The translations under genes and the position numbers were made by a program. DNA of 63,636 nt, counting the filler, from Octopus bimaculoides (lineage: Eukaryota), in NCBI RefSeq assembly GCF_001194135.2. It is 7 parts of 7 records of this genome, joined end to end, with 100 filler letters (N's around TTAATTAATTAA, not from the genome) between each part and the next. Parts side by side here need not be neighbours in the genome. Positions count along the whole stretch, not along the records: positions 1 to 23,354 come from NC_068991.1; 6 more parts are not named here. One strand, written 5' to 3'. Position 1 is the stretch's first letter. The number at the start of each line of letters is the position of its first letter. Below the pieces are notes generated by a model. That model worked only from the letters and a program-made list of their open reading frames with translations. It had not been told where the DNA came from and did no database searches. Below, in pieces: positions 1 through 11,971 of this stretch.

Positions 1-91
1 AAAATGTTTTTTTTTTGTTTTTGAAATTTTGTTTAAATACCTTTCATATGGCATACATTACAATTATAAAGTAATTTGCGACAAAATCTTG

Positions 92-327
92 AGGTGGGGA
101 GAAGACTTTCGGAAACTTCCCAAGATCCGAATTTTTCCTTGTTATCTTCCGAAATCATATTCAACTTTCTACAGATATCCTAGTGTAGTACTAGTACACT
201 TACGTAGTGTTTATTTCTACCCACTTTCAATAATTTTTAATGTTTTGGCTTCAATTTTGTTTCATTTTACCTTCAATTATTTTTACGCTTTTTTAACCCT
301 TCCGTCATTATTCTCATTCACTTATTA

Positions 328-360
<33 letters not shown>

Positions 361-1244
361 GAGAGAGAGAGAGAGAAAGATACACACATATATCATCATC
401 ATCGTTTAACGTCCGCTTTCCATGCTGGCATGGGTTGGACGGTTGAACTGAGGACTGGTGAGCAGAGCCAGATGGCTGTACCAGGCTCCAATCTGATCTG
501 GCAGAGTTTCTACAGCTGGATACCCTTCCTAACGTCAATCACTCTGAGAGTGTAGTGGGTGCTTTTTACGTGTCACCGGCACGAGGGCCAGTCAGGCAGT
601 ACTGGCAACGTCCACGCTCAAATGGTGTTTTTATGTGTCACCTGCACAGGAGCCAGTTCAGTGGCACTGGCAACGCCCATATATATATATATGCTTAGCT
701 GGTGTACGTAGAATCGTGTTGACGCTGGTAGTAGTAGTGTCGTGTTGACTGGCGGCGGCGATGCTGGTAGTCGTAGTTGTAGTGGTGTTGATGTTGTCGC
801 TGGAACTGCTGCTGCTGCTGTGTGGTACACGGAACAGATGTCTAAGAGATCTGAACCGAGACAAATTAGCTGGGTATCTAGCAGGCTATTTATAGCTGAA
901 AGTAGGCTCCACAGAAGGCATTAGAAGAACACTATCATGTGACCTTATTAAGGGCTGTGATTGGTCAGTTTACGTTCTGGCGGGAACGGTACGAAGTAGT
1001 TGCCGCTTCAAATAATAGTCAGTCAGGTGATGACAAGGAAAGATGTTTTCTACTACGCTCGCGTGTTTGTATATTTATAGTGAGAGAAGATGGTTTCATT
1101 GTATATAATGGCGATCGAGGTGTTAGTTTCACTACATATACATACATCTGTATACATCTATATATATATACAAACCCCATTTTCCTAAAAGTTATGAGGG
1201 AAAAACTTGGATCTTGTGAATTTTCCGAGGTCCTCTTTCCACCT
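92..1244. mobile_element. Putative non-autonomous TIR element with ~57-bp inverted termini, carrying a nested RTE fragment
   Basis: 92-148 (aggtggggagaagactttcggaaacttcccaagatccgaatttttccttgttatctt) is a roughly 75% reverse complement of 1189-1244. No TSD seen. Confidence 0.45.
393..690 (-). mobile_element. RTE-clade LINE, 3' UTR fragment
   Basis: (CAT)n tail plus gtttaacgtccgctttccatgc..., the same sequence that is fused to an RTE ORF end at 10415-10976. Confidence 0.85.
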
Positions 1245-1744
1245 TCCCATTGCTTTGCCTGCATTCTTTTTTAATATTCGTTTCCTACACATTTTTTTTA
1301 CATCCGTTGTACTATTTTTTTCTGATTTTCGTTTCCGGGTCAAATTGTAAACATTAACCAATTCTTTCGAAACATAATGTAGTAGGCTAAACATAAGTAG
1401 GAAATTTTGTTAATCAAACTTTCCACCGATGACAAAGACATCTGGAAGTGAGCCCCAGTTTCTCTTGGAGGATGTATAACTGTGTGTATGTGTGTGTGTG
1501 TGCGTGTATGATTAGGTCGTTTATTATCTATCCAATCAAAAAATATTTCCTTTTATTTTTATTTTAGGGTTTCAGTATTATATTAAATGATGATTTGGCA
1601 CAAACAAACTGAAAGAAAACATATCCTACCTTTCTGTCTATCTGTGTGTACATGTATGTAGTGTTAGAGTGTGTGTGTATTATTGTCATTTTGCCTTGAC
1701 ATCACATGATAGTTGTAACTGAATATCACACTATCATGCCATCA

Positions 1745-1893
1745 GAATCCTTTGTTTCCAGTGTTCTGAGACAAGTCCGAGGTGAAGGTTGGCAACAGGA
1801 AGGGCGTCCAGCTGTAGAAAATGTACCTCAATAAATTCTGTCCAACCCATGCAAGCTTGGAAAAGTGGATGTCAAACGATGATGATGATGATG
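1745..1893 (+). mobile_element. Diverged RTE-type 3' end with (GAT)n tail
   Basis: ggttggcaacaggaagggcgtccagctgtagaaa...caacccatgc...aaacgatgatgatg resembles the RTE 3' UTR. Confidence 0.65.
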
Positions 1894-1909
1894 AGGATAT
1901 ACATATATA

Positions 1910-2862
1910 CAGTAATCCCTTGACTATCACAGGTGTTCTCAAACCCCCGTGATAGGCTAAAATCTGCGAAGTAGAAACAGTACTGCACTGCATATTTTAA
2001 AAATTATTTTTATAATTTGTATATATGTAAAAACGAACATTTCATTTTCTGAGCTGAGATTTGAAACCAAATCTGAGGATTCTCTCTTGCCTGATCCACC
2101 ACTGGCCAAACAGGCGTGAAAGAAATTTCTTTGTCCTGTCAAAAAGTGATGGATGGATTTCCATTTGACTTCCAACCTGAGTTGCGTTACTGAAGGTTCA
2201 ACTGGACAGCAGGTAACCTAGATAAATAGAAACTCCTATGGTATATCTATTCTTCTACCCTAGGATGACCATTATAAATACAGTTTCCTTAAACACGCGA
2301 CAAATAGCCAGACAGCTAGCAACAGGCAAGCAGTCACGAGTGAGCCAGATGGCAGGCTGAGCAAGCAGTGACCAGTGAAACAACACAATAGCAGCTGCAG
2401 AACACGAACGGACAGGAGAGAAAAACAACAAGACCTGACCAAATGACAAACACAGACACAAAAGATGCCTTGTACTATCTCATCACATCAACATTCTATT
2501 TCTGCTGTTGCTTTTTTTTTACGTTAGTCAACTCAAAGCAGTTGACTTTATGTAGTGGCTTTTATTGACATTTTGAATCAAGCTTTGTGTATCCAAGACA
2601 TATATGCAACTGTTGATCAAATAAGTTATTTAAACTACATTCTGATGCTTTCTTCATTGTTTTCCTTTGATGTTGTCCAACACACCTATCTTCATCTGCT
2701 ACACCCGACAATGTACATTGAACCATCAACAACACCTTTTGCTACACATACCACTATATATATTTATTTTATTATAAATGCATAAAAACACCATGGAGGA
2801 ATCGACATAGGCTTAAATAATAACCCATGATAGGTGAACCGTGATATGGTGAGGGAATGCTG
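1910..2862. mobile_element. Tigger/pogo-like non-autonomous DNA transposon
   Basis: TA|CAGTAATCCCTTGACTATCAC...GTGATATGGTGAGGGAATGCTG|TA: imperfect TIRs flanked by TA. Confidence 0.7.
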
Positions 2863-3267
2863 TATATATATATATATATATATAAATATATATATATATA
2901 GATATATGATTATATAGGCGGACATGGCAGACGCCATAAACTCACAGTTAGGAAGTTTCAATGTCTTTCTTCAATTTCCTTACACCATTTATGTGGCTGT
3001 TTCTGACAAGAAATTTTGCTTTCATCTAAAACAACTATATTTTGTAGTCATTATCCGTAATCTACACCAAAAACACTTCAGTAGCTCTACTTTCCAATGC
3101 TTGCAAACTTATATGTTCTATGATCATTAAAGTGCAATGACCTCCACAATAACCACCCTTCAATTTCATTTTCCATTCCTAGGTTAATTGTGCTACTCCT
3201 AAACCTGCTAGGTAGTTCAATTATTTGGTGAAAAAATACCACCAAAACAAAATGACCGTTCCAAAAT

Positions 3268-3302
<35 letters not shown>

Positions 3303-3652
3303 TGTTGTATTTTGGGACGGTCATTTTTTTTTTTGCCAAATAAACACCTGCACTGTATATAATTTTTTCACTCGTTCACACCTTAGGGTGAGAGGATGGG
3401 GCTGAGGGGAAGACCACACAGCTGCTAAAAACTATAGAACACACACAAGCATACACACACACACACATGCATGCACACACACACACAAACAAGGACACAC
3501 TGAAGAGGTAACAGATGTGTGACAAAATATTTCTGGACAATGGACGTGAGTTAAAATAATAAAATAAGAACAGTAATAAATGAATGAAGAAAAAATATAT
3601 AGTGCATGTGTTTATTTGGCACAAACAAAAATGACCATCCCGAAGTACAATA
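3303..3652. mobile_element. MITE with ~65-bp TIRs
   Basis: ttgtattttgggacggtcatttt...gccaaataaacacctgcact is mirrored by agtgcatgtgtttatttggcac...aaaatgaccatcccgaagtacaa. Confidence 0.75.
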
Positions 3653-4016
3653 TCTGTTTCAACACACGATTTCTAGTACGCTAAACAATATAGTTTTTAA
3701 TGAGGTTTCATTTATGTATAATATGCGACTGAAAAAGAAAATTTAGCAGCAAAGGCATAACGGCAGAGGGAAAGACAGGCAACTGAATCAGATGAAACCA
3801 AGGCAAAGCGACTGAAACTGATGCCTAAATATGCATAGAGATGTGGACATAATTTTGTTTCCACTACAGATGACCGACTGGTTAGGGTATCTCAAGAGGA
3901 GAATATTCTACTTCAAAATAACAATGTCAGATCACAAATTGTTGATGCAACACAAAAGAGATCTTTTCTTTGGATATATTTGAAAAAAGTAAGGAAACGT
4001 GGATGTTTCCATGCTG

Positions 4017-4420
4017 TGGAAACATCCCTCCTTGCTTGCTCCAAAGAAGGCGAACGTCATTTCATTTGCAGGTGATGGCCTCAGTTTTTTGGGAATACTA
4101 TTCCAACTTGCCAAGGCAGTTACAAAAGGCTATTGAGACTAAATGCCCAGGAAGGCTATTGAATGGGGTTTTGTTTCATCAGGACAATGCTCCAGCACAG
4201 AAGTCCTTGTTTTCAATGGCTGCTGTGGCTGACTGTAGCTTTGAACTGGTTGATCATCCTTCCTATTCTCCTGATTGGGCCCCACCTGACTGTAATCTGT
4301 TCCCCAGAATGAAAAAAACACTTGGCTGGGAACCACTATCGCAGTGATGATGACATCATGTCTGTTGCTACCAGTTACTTTTGAAGTCTTCTGTGAACAA
4401 TCAGATGTCAGTTCACATGG
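4017..4420 (+). pseudogene. Mariner transposase fragment, internally deleted
   Basis: VMASVFW...GVLFHQDNAPA...ELVDHPSYSPDWAPPDCNLFPRMKK matches the mariner HQDNA and YSPDLAPSD motifs. Confidence 0.9.
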
Positions 4421-4699
4421 AAAGAAAAAATGCAATTATTAATGAGAAGTGTTGAAATTAATACATTGCTAGATTTCACAGCTCTAGCACCACTCCTTCA
4501 TAGTCAGCCTATAAATTTTTCAGCTCACCTTTGTAAAAAGAAAATACAGGGTTATGTTTTTATATTGTTGAGTAGTATATTATTGGTTAGAATATTACTG
4601 ATGTTTTTGGACCGACTTGGCAATATTGATAAATCTTCAGACATGCAGGCAGCAAGCACATAGCATAGCCTCTTTTATGCTGGAGGGATATATATATAT

Positions 4700-5085
4700 A
4701 TTCTTTTATTCTTTTACTTGCTTCAGTCATTTGATTGTGGCCATGCTGTAGCACCACCTTAAAGGGTTTTTAGTCAAAGAAATAAATCTCAGGACTTATT
4801 CTTTGTAAGCCTAGTACTTATTCTATTGGTCTCTTTTGCTGAACCACTAAATTATGGCAGGTATGGTCCCAGGAATTTTTTGAAGGGACCGCACAAGGTC
4901 AAAAGGGAATACAATTCCAGGAGAAAAGGACGTAATAACATTATTTAGAAGGGTGCACTTCTTTTCTTGAGATGGGCATGCGCCCATCAGCCCCACCCCT
5001 GGGTCTGCCCCTGTATGGGGACATAAACACACCAGCATCAGTTGTCAAGCGATGGCAGGGGGACAAACACAGACACCTACACATA
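4700..5085 (-). mobile_element. tRNA-derived SINE (family A), 3' half, interrupted by a MITE
   Basis: Shared with 31141-31530, 36100-36590 and 59510-59950 (tacttattctattggtctcttttgc...; ggccatgctgtagcac tail). Confidence 0.8.
4858..5013. mobile_element. 156-bp MITE, CAGG...CCTG termini, 5-bp TSD TATGG
   Basis: tatgg|CAGGTATGGTCCCAGG...CCTGGGTCTGCCCCTG|tatgg. Removing it restores the SINE sequence aattatggggacataaac. Confidence 0.7.
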
Positions 5086-5831
5086 AATAAATAAATAAAT
5101 AAATATATATATGTATGTATAGATAAATTTTGAGGACAGAAGATGAGTTTTCTCCCATGGAATACTGTCAGCTGTGCATATGTACATGTGTATTTGTTTT
5201 GATAACATGGTTGTTCCCCTTCTTTAGTCAAGAGAATGACAAATATGTACACATGCGCAGCTGACAGCTTTTGGCCACAGTTGACATTGTTCCTTGGGAG
5301 AAAACTTCTCTCCCTGCTGGAAAAATGTCACTACTTTTCACGCCTTTTCCATTCCAGTTCTTTTTTTTCTATTCCTGAGCAAACCAAGACTATATAATAT
5401 ATGTGTGTTCAATATTGATTATATCCCTTGCGCTGCTTCTTATTTAGATTTGAATTTGTTTTCCATGCTGTGAAATGGTAGGGCATTCCAGCAGATGGTT
5501 CTTATACCATTTTGCATATAGTCATAGACAGCAATTTAGTTTACATTAGGTCTTGTTTTGGGCATGTGGTATTAACAAGTTTCAAAAATGACAACTCATA
5601 GATGTCTGTCATTCCTGAATGGGACCAGATGCGAGTTATCTCACTTGTCTATGACTTCTAAGTGTTGTAACACCAGGCAAATTGATAATATATTCTCTTA
5701 TGCCTATAAACACAGATCACCTACGAACTAGCAAAATGCATACCTTGTGTATATGTGTTTGATATTGTTTATATCTCTCAAGCTGCTTCCAATTTATATA
5801 TGAATATATATCTATATCTATCTATCTATCT

Positions 5832-6220
5832 ATCATCATCATCATCATTTAACAACCATTGTCCATGCTGGCATGGGTTGGACAGTTTGACCAGGGCTGG
5901 CAAGCTGGAAGGCTGCACCAGATTCCAGTCTGATTTGGCATAGTTTCTACGGCTGGATGCCCTTCCTAATGCCAACCACTCTGAGAGTATAATGGGTACT
6001 TTTATAAGCCATTGACATGGGTGCCATTTGCATGACACCAGTATCTGCCTCGACTGTGATTTTACTCGGCTTGATGGGTCTTCTTCTCAAGCATGACATA
6101 ATACCATGGTCTCAGTTGTTCATCATTGCCTCTCTGAAGCCTAACACTTGAAAGGAGCTTTCCACATGCCACCGGCATTGCCCACTTTGCCTCCGTGAGG
6201 CCCAACGCTTTTTGTGTGAC
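5832..6220 (-). mobile_element. RTE LINE 3' fragment (ORF end plus 3' UTR)
   Basis: (CAT)n tail; minus-strand translation LGLTEA...VMLEKKTHQAE. Confidence 0.8.
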
Positions 6221-6325
6221 AGTTACGTGACATATATATATATATATATATACATATATATTTATGTATCTATATACAGGTATGCCTGTATATGTGTGTG
6301 TATACACACATACGCATATATATAA

Positions 6326-7559
6326 CAACAAAACTTTAATATAGAGTTACCTAAGATTTTGCACCTACAAAGGCAAGCATGGTGGACAGCTCATCAGACT
6401 CTATATGAATACAAAATTTTAAAATATCTATGTCGCAGATGTGAGGAAATGCTCAGAACATGAGGAATAGAAAAAAACGTTAATGAGTATGGGTTATTTC
6501 CTCTTGATCAGAGGGGAGGAACCTTAATAGACTTGGAGAGGTCTAACGAGCAAACTGGGAGATCCAAGTAGTGCTTGAAGTGGATACATTTAGAAAACAC
6601 TCCTTTACATCTGTTTAATGTGCCAGGCTTCTTATAGGTTTTAAGAATTTTGGTTTTCTCCGTGATGTAAATCTTGCAACAACCACTTCTATTAATATAC
6701 AGGCCCAGATAATCAATTTCCACTTGACAGCACACGGGGACCCTTGATCTCTGAGGTGCCACACATGGTGAGCCAAGGACATGACAAACCATCTTTGCTG
6801 AACTCTGAAGGACTCATGGTTAAGAAAACGTTTTTTCAAAGAAGTACTTGCTAAACTAATATATTTATAAACATGGGATGTGGCCCTATTCGCACTCCTG
6901 GCAACATATGGCATGGGGCTGGTCATCCCATCGGTGTTGAAGATGAATGATTGGTCCTCGTCTGATATGGCAGAACTGGGGTAGGGCAGATACCTCCAAG
7001 TTGTTGGTTCTGGATAGGTCATTATTTCTAGGTGTGGCATTTGTACTGGTCACTCAATCTGCTTCTGTAGTTTGTTCATTATCTGTGGCAGTTTGTCACA
7101 TCCCTGGCCTGCCATGTGTGGCACCTTAGATCAAGGGATATCATGTGATGTCAGATGGAAATTAATTGATTATCCAGGCCCATATATTAATAGAAGTGGC
7201 CGTTGCAAGATCTGCATTGTTGAGAGAACCAAAATTCTTAAAATACTATCAGAAGCTTGGTGCATTAAAGAGCCGTAAAGAAGTGTTTTCTAAATTTATC
7301 CACTTCAAGCACTACTTACTAGAAAACTGAATCTCCCTGTTTGCTTGTTAGGCCTCTCTGAGTCTATTAAGCATTTTTTTGCCCTCTGATCAAGGGGAAA
7401 TATGCTATACTCATTAACGTTTTTTCGTTCCGAGCGTTCCCTCACATCTGTGACATAGATATTTTAAAATTTTGTATTCATATAGAGTCTGACGACCTGT
7501 CCACAAGGCTTGCCTTTGTGGGTGCGAAACCTTGGGTAACTCTATATTAAATTTTGTTG
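6326..7559. mobile_element. Foldback-like element with ~465-bp inverted arms and a ~300-bp spacer
   Basis: 6326-6790 is the reverse complement of about 7092-7559 along its length (caacaaaactttaatatagagttacc... vs ...ggtaactctatattaaattttgttg), roughly 75-80% identical by eye. Confidence 0.85.
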
Positions 7560-7589
7560 AGTGAGCTTTTCTGATAAGTGTTTTTTTAA

Positions 7590-7722
7590 TTAACTATATG
7601 TGTTTGTGTGTGTGTGCATATGTATATATAGATATGTGTGTGTATATATATATATGTGTGTATATATATATGTGTGTGTACATATGTGTGTATATATGTG
7701 TGTATGTATGTGTGTATATATA

Positions 7723-7776
<54 letters not shown>

Positions 7777-7786
7777 TATATGTATG

Positions 7787-7865
<79 letters not shown>
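7590..7865. repeat. Compound (TG)/(TA)/(TATG) microsatellite
   Basis: Directly visible. Confidence 0.95.
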
Positions 7866-7867
<2 letters not shown>

Positions 7868-8020
7868 TGCATAAAAGTATGCATTTTTGGTCAGCAGTTT
7901 GAAGAGTTATCGATATTGTCAAGTGCAATGGTTGACATGAAACTATTGGTAACCAATTATATAGTGCTCAACTATATAAATGTATGTGTAAATATATAAG
8001 ATGATGATGATGATGAAAAC

Positions 8021-8820
8021 TGCATCAGGTTCCAGTCTGAGTTAGCTTGGTTTCTGTGGCTAGATGCCTTTCCTAACACCAACCACTTTACAGTATGTGC
8101 TGGGTGCTTCTAATGTGCTACCAGTGCAAGTGTTAATAAGATGCCACTGGCACAAGTGCCTTTTACATGGTACTTGCACAAATGCTTTTTACCTGACACC
8201 TGCACAGGATTTTTTCAAGCTAATCCACTTCACAAAGGGATGCTGTTTTAAAACTTCTGCTGTGGAGGAAGGGTCTTCTTGAGTACAGCAAAGTGCCAGG
8301 TATCTCAGTCCTTTGTCATCTCATCTGAAAGGTTCAGTTTTCTGAGGTCATCCTTCAGTTCTTCCTCCTCCCATGTCTTCTTGGGTGTCCGTCTTCCACA
8401 AGTTCCATCCAGTTTGAGAGATCAGCACTTCTTATGGAGCTATCAGCATCCATCTGTATCACATGATCAAACCAGTGCAATCTGCACTCTTGCTCACTGT
8501 GTCTAATTCCTCTTATGTCTAATTTCTAGCACACTGTTGCACATGTACACTTACATAACAGACCCAGTGAAGCATACTAGTCTCATTCCTCCCTAGCCTT
8601 TACATGTCCTCTGCATTCAGGGCTCACATCTCACTACAATGTAGAATTGCTGTGTGCATGGATGCATCATACAATATTCCCTTTGCCTGGAGAAAGAAAC
8701 CTTTGGCTCATAACAGAGGTGAAAGATCTCTGAATTTTCTCCCATTTTTCTTATTCTCTCTGTATATCCTCCCCCATTACTAATTTGGTCCCCTAGGTAG
8801 CAGAAATTATTCATTACCTC
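8021..8820 (-). pseudogene. RTE LINE C-terminal ORF region plus partial 3' UTR
   Basis: NNFCYLGDQISNGGG (post-RT RTE motif), followed by degraded WFDHV and GRPKKTW motifs. Confidence 0.85.
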
Positions 8821-8823
8821 TAA

Positions 8824-9098
8824 GGAGGTTCCAGGGCTATCTGATGAATAGAAAGACTGATTTTATGACACCCTCTTGCAGACTACCTTGTTGATGAATG
8901 ACAGGGACCTTCCCTTTGTGGCTGACAACTTCAATGGGCATGTTGGATAACATGCAGGGGGCTTCCATGGCATACATGGAGGCTATGGTTTTGGTTCCCG
9001 CAATGAGGAGGGAATCCAGCTGCTGGAGTTCTGCGATGCAAATCATATGGTTTGTGATACTAACTTTAGGAAACCTGCCAGTCACCTGTTCACCTAAA
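8824..9098 (+). pseudogene. RTE LINE APE-endonuclease fragment
   Basis: FYDTLLQT...VADNFNGHVG*HAGGFHGIHGGYGFGSRNEEGIQLLEFCDANHMVCDTNFRKPASHLFT. Confidence 0.9.
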
Positions 9099-10079
9099 AC
9101 TCTCTCTATATATGTATGTATGTATATATACACACACCTGACCCAACCTGCATTTTCAGCTACCCACCAAACATTCCCCCACACCAGTTTTTTTTTTTTT
9201 TTGTTTTAAGTTATGTGCTAATATTTATAACCTTACTCGCTCTGAGTTTCTTCCATAACTGATTTATTTCATGCCACATCTTGAAGTGCCCCCCCCCCCC
9301 CNNNNNNNNNNNNNNNNNNNNNNNNNNNNNNNNNNNNNNNNNNNNNNNNNNNNNNNNNNNNNNNNNNNNNNNNNNNNNNNNNNNNNNNNNNNNNNNNNNN
9401 NNNNNNNNNNNNNNNNNNNNNNNNNNNNNNNNNNNNNNNNNNNNNNACTAAAGAGAATAATAAATCCAGGCGAATATCAATAAAGCATTCAGTGTGAAAC
9501 AAATTTCGTTGACTATATCAGTCAGATATCAATAAATTCAAGTAAAATTAACATCCAGTGTCCATGTATGACAAGTAACTCCAAATATTACTTAGCAGAA
9601 GTTCGAGACATTTGGCGTATAAGACAACAAAATCAAGAATGGAGAAAATCACATCTTTAATTGATTACACTATGCATTACCAACAATCGTGTCTTTTGTG
9701 CCATCATATTTAGATACTAGAAAAAAGTATAAAATACCAGTTAGATTAATATATCTGAAAATATATACTAACACAACATTATCAAGACAACCCCAAGTGG
9801 GCTAAATTCAAAGTGCACTAAGAAAATATCTCCAATAGATGAATGCATACAAAAAGAACATTAAGAAGAAATATAATATTCTAGGAAAAGCCAGTTTACT
9901 AATTTAACTTTTGATGATTTCAGAAAATAACAAAAGAATAAAATGTGAACAGAGATTCTACATCATGACAATTAGTTAGCTGTATATTAAACATGTTAAA
10001 AAATTTGTTTAGAAAATTATGCTTATTAGATTAAGAGAAAAACAATTATAATCAATGCATTATTTACTACTGAAATATT

Positions 10080-11600
10080 TAAATGCTTTTCTAGATTTAT
10101 GAGAACATTTTTATTTAAGATTGTTTCTACAATTTAATAATTCTAATTTTGAAGTATTTATATAATACATTTCCTCGAGGCAAAGATCACATTTAAAATT
10201 ACCAGTATTGTGCAATGGTGTGCAACTAATAATGGACAACTTTGTATCATAGTTAATGTTCCTCTTTTTTAAAATCCCAAATGCATTTACTAAGATTTGT
10301 AGAATTACATTTTCTTCTAAACTAAAGAAGAATGATATTGTGATCTAGATTTCCAAATTCTAGCAGAAGAACCTATGTAATAATATGTATGATCCTATGT
10401 AATGACCTTACATTCATCATCATCATCATCATCGTTTAACGTCCGCTTTCCATGCTAGCATGGGTTGGACGATTTGACTGAGGACTGGTGAAACCGGATG
10501 GCAACACCAGGCTCCAATCTAATTTGGCAGAGTTTCTACAGCTGGATGCCCTTCCTAACGCCAACCACTCAGAGAGTGTAGTGGGTGCTTTTACGTGTCA
10601 CCCGCACGAAAACGGCCACGCTCGAAATGGTGTTTTTTATGTGCCACCCGCACAAGAGCCAGTCCAGGGGCCCTGGCAACGATCTCACTTGGCTTGCCGG
10701 GTCTTCTCACGCATAGCACATTTCCAAAGGTCTCGGTCAGTAGTCATCGCCTCGGTGAGGCCCAATGTTCGAAGGTCTTGCCTCACCACCTCAGCCCAGG
10801 TCTTCCTGGGCCTACCTCTTCCACGGGTTCCCTCAACTGTTAGGGAGTGGCACTTTTTCACGCAGCTATCCTCATTCATTCTCACCACATGTCCAAACCA
10901 GCGCAATCGTCTCTCTTGCACACCACTACTGATGCTTCTTATGTTCAGCTTTTCTCTCAAGATACTTACACTCTGACAATTTTGAGTTTCTAAAAGACAT
11001 AATTTTGTTTTTGAAATTACAAAGGCATTTACTTACTCGTATGTGAAACTCATGGTTAAAGGAATTAATACTAAATTTCCTCTCAGTAGGTGAAGCATTA
11101 TTAGCAGTATTATAATCAGTATTATTATGAGGTGTTATCTTAAAGGTATTATCAATTTTACAGTCAGAATTACTTTTACCTAAAGTATTAGAATGCAGTT
11201 CAGAAAAATTACCATTAGAGTTAATTTCACAATTTACACTATCAGTTCTACTTATGTTTATTAATTTCAAGTTGAGATACTGTCTAATTTTTCTTTTTTT
11301 ATGTGTTGCTATAATTTCAGCCAAATTTCTGGTGATTGAATTGGAAAATTTTACTCTATAGTGATTAAATAATTTCCTGTACATACTTAAAGGTGGGAAA
11401 TATTTATCCAGCGCAGCAAAGAATTTCCAAGAAAGGTTAGTAGCTATGTAAGATGCAAGTGGTGCATTACACTGGATAATATTCCTTAATTTAGTTTTTC
11501 TGTTATCTATATATATGTTTTTCTTAATATCAGCATTATCAACATTTTCACAGTTCTTAATTCTGAGCTGTTCTCTTGCCATAATGTTTATGCTTAAAGT
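10080..11600 (-). mobile_element. Penelope-like element, C-terminal and GIY-YIG region, split by an RTE insertion
   Basis: RNIIQCNAPLASYIATNLSWKFFAALDKYFP...KLFNHYRVKFSNS before the insert; YYIGSSARIWKSR and NLSKCIWDFKKRNINY...CDLCLEE after it. Confidence 0.8.
10415..10976 (-). mobile_element. 5'-truncated RTE LINE with an intact C-terminal frame
   Basis: ERRLRWFGHVVRMNEDSCVKKC...GRGRPRKTWAEVVRQDLRTLGL, then 3' UTR and (GAT)n tail. Confidence 0.92.
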
Positions 11601-11626
11601 TATACATATCTATAGACTCATCATCA

Positions 11627-11679
<53 letters not shown>

Positions 11680-11905
11680 AAGGTGGTGAGCTGGCAGAAT
11701 CGTTAGCACACTGGGCGAAATGCTTAGCAGTATTTCGCTTGTTGCTAGTTCTGAGTTCAGATTCTGTCAAGGTTGACTTTGCCTTTCATTCTTTTGGGGT
11801 CGATAAATTAAATACCAGTCAAATACTGAGTTGATGTGATCAACAATCCCCTCCCCTCAAACTGCAGGCCTTGTGCCTATCATAGAAAGGATTATTATTA
11901 TTATT
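11680..11905 (+). mobile_element. tRNA-derived SINE (family B)
   Basis: A-box-like tggcagaatcgttagc, B-box-like gagttcagatt, core gactttgcctttcat, (ATT)n tail. Confidence 0.85.
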
Positions 11906-11971
11906 ATTGATGTTGTTAATGTTTATACCAATCATACATTTAGTATCTACAGAGTTAAATCCATGCTTTTT

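Noticed and set aside
7590-7999. YI/CV/TH-repeat ORFs here and at many other sites
   Set aside because: Dinucleotide and tetranucleotide microsatellites lack stops by construction
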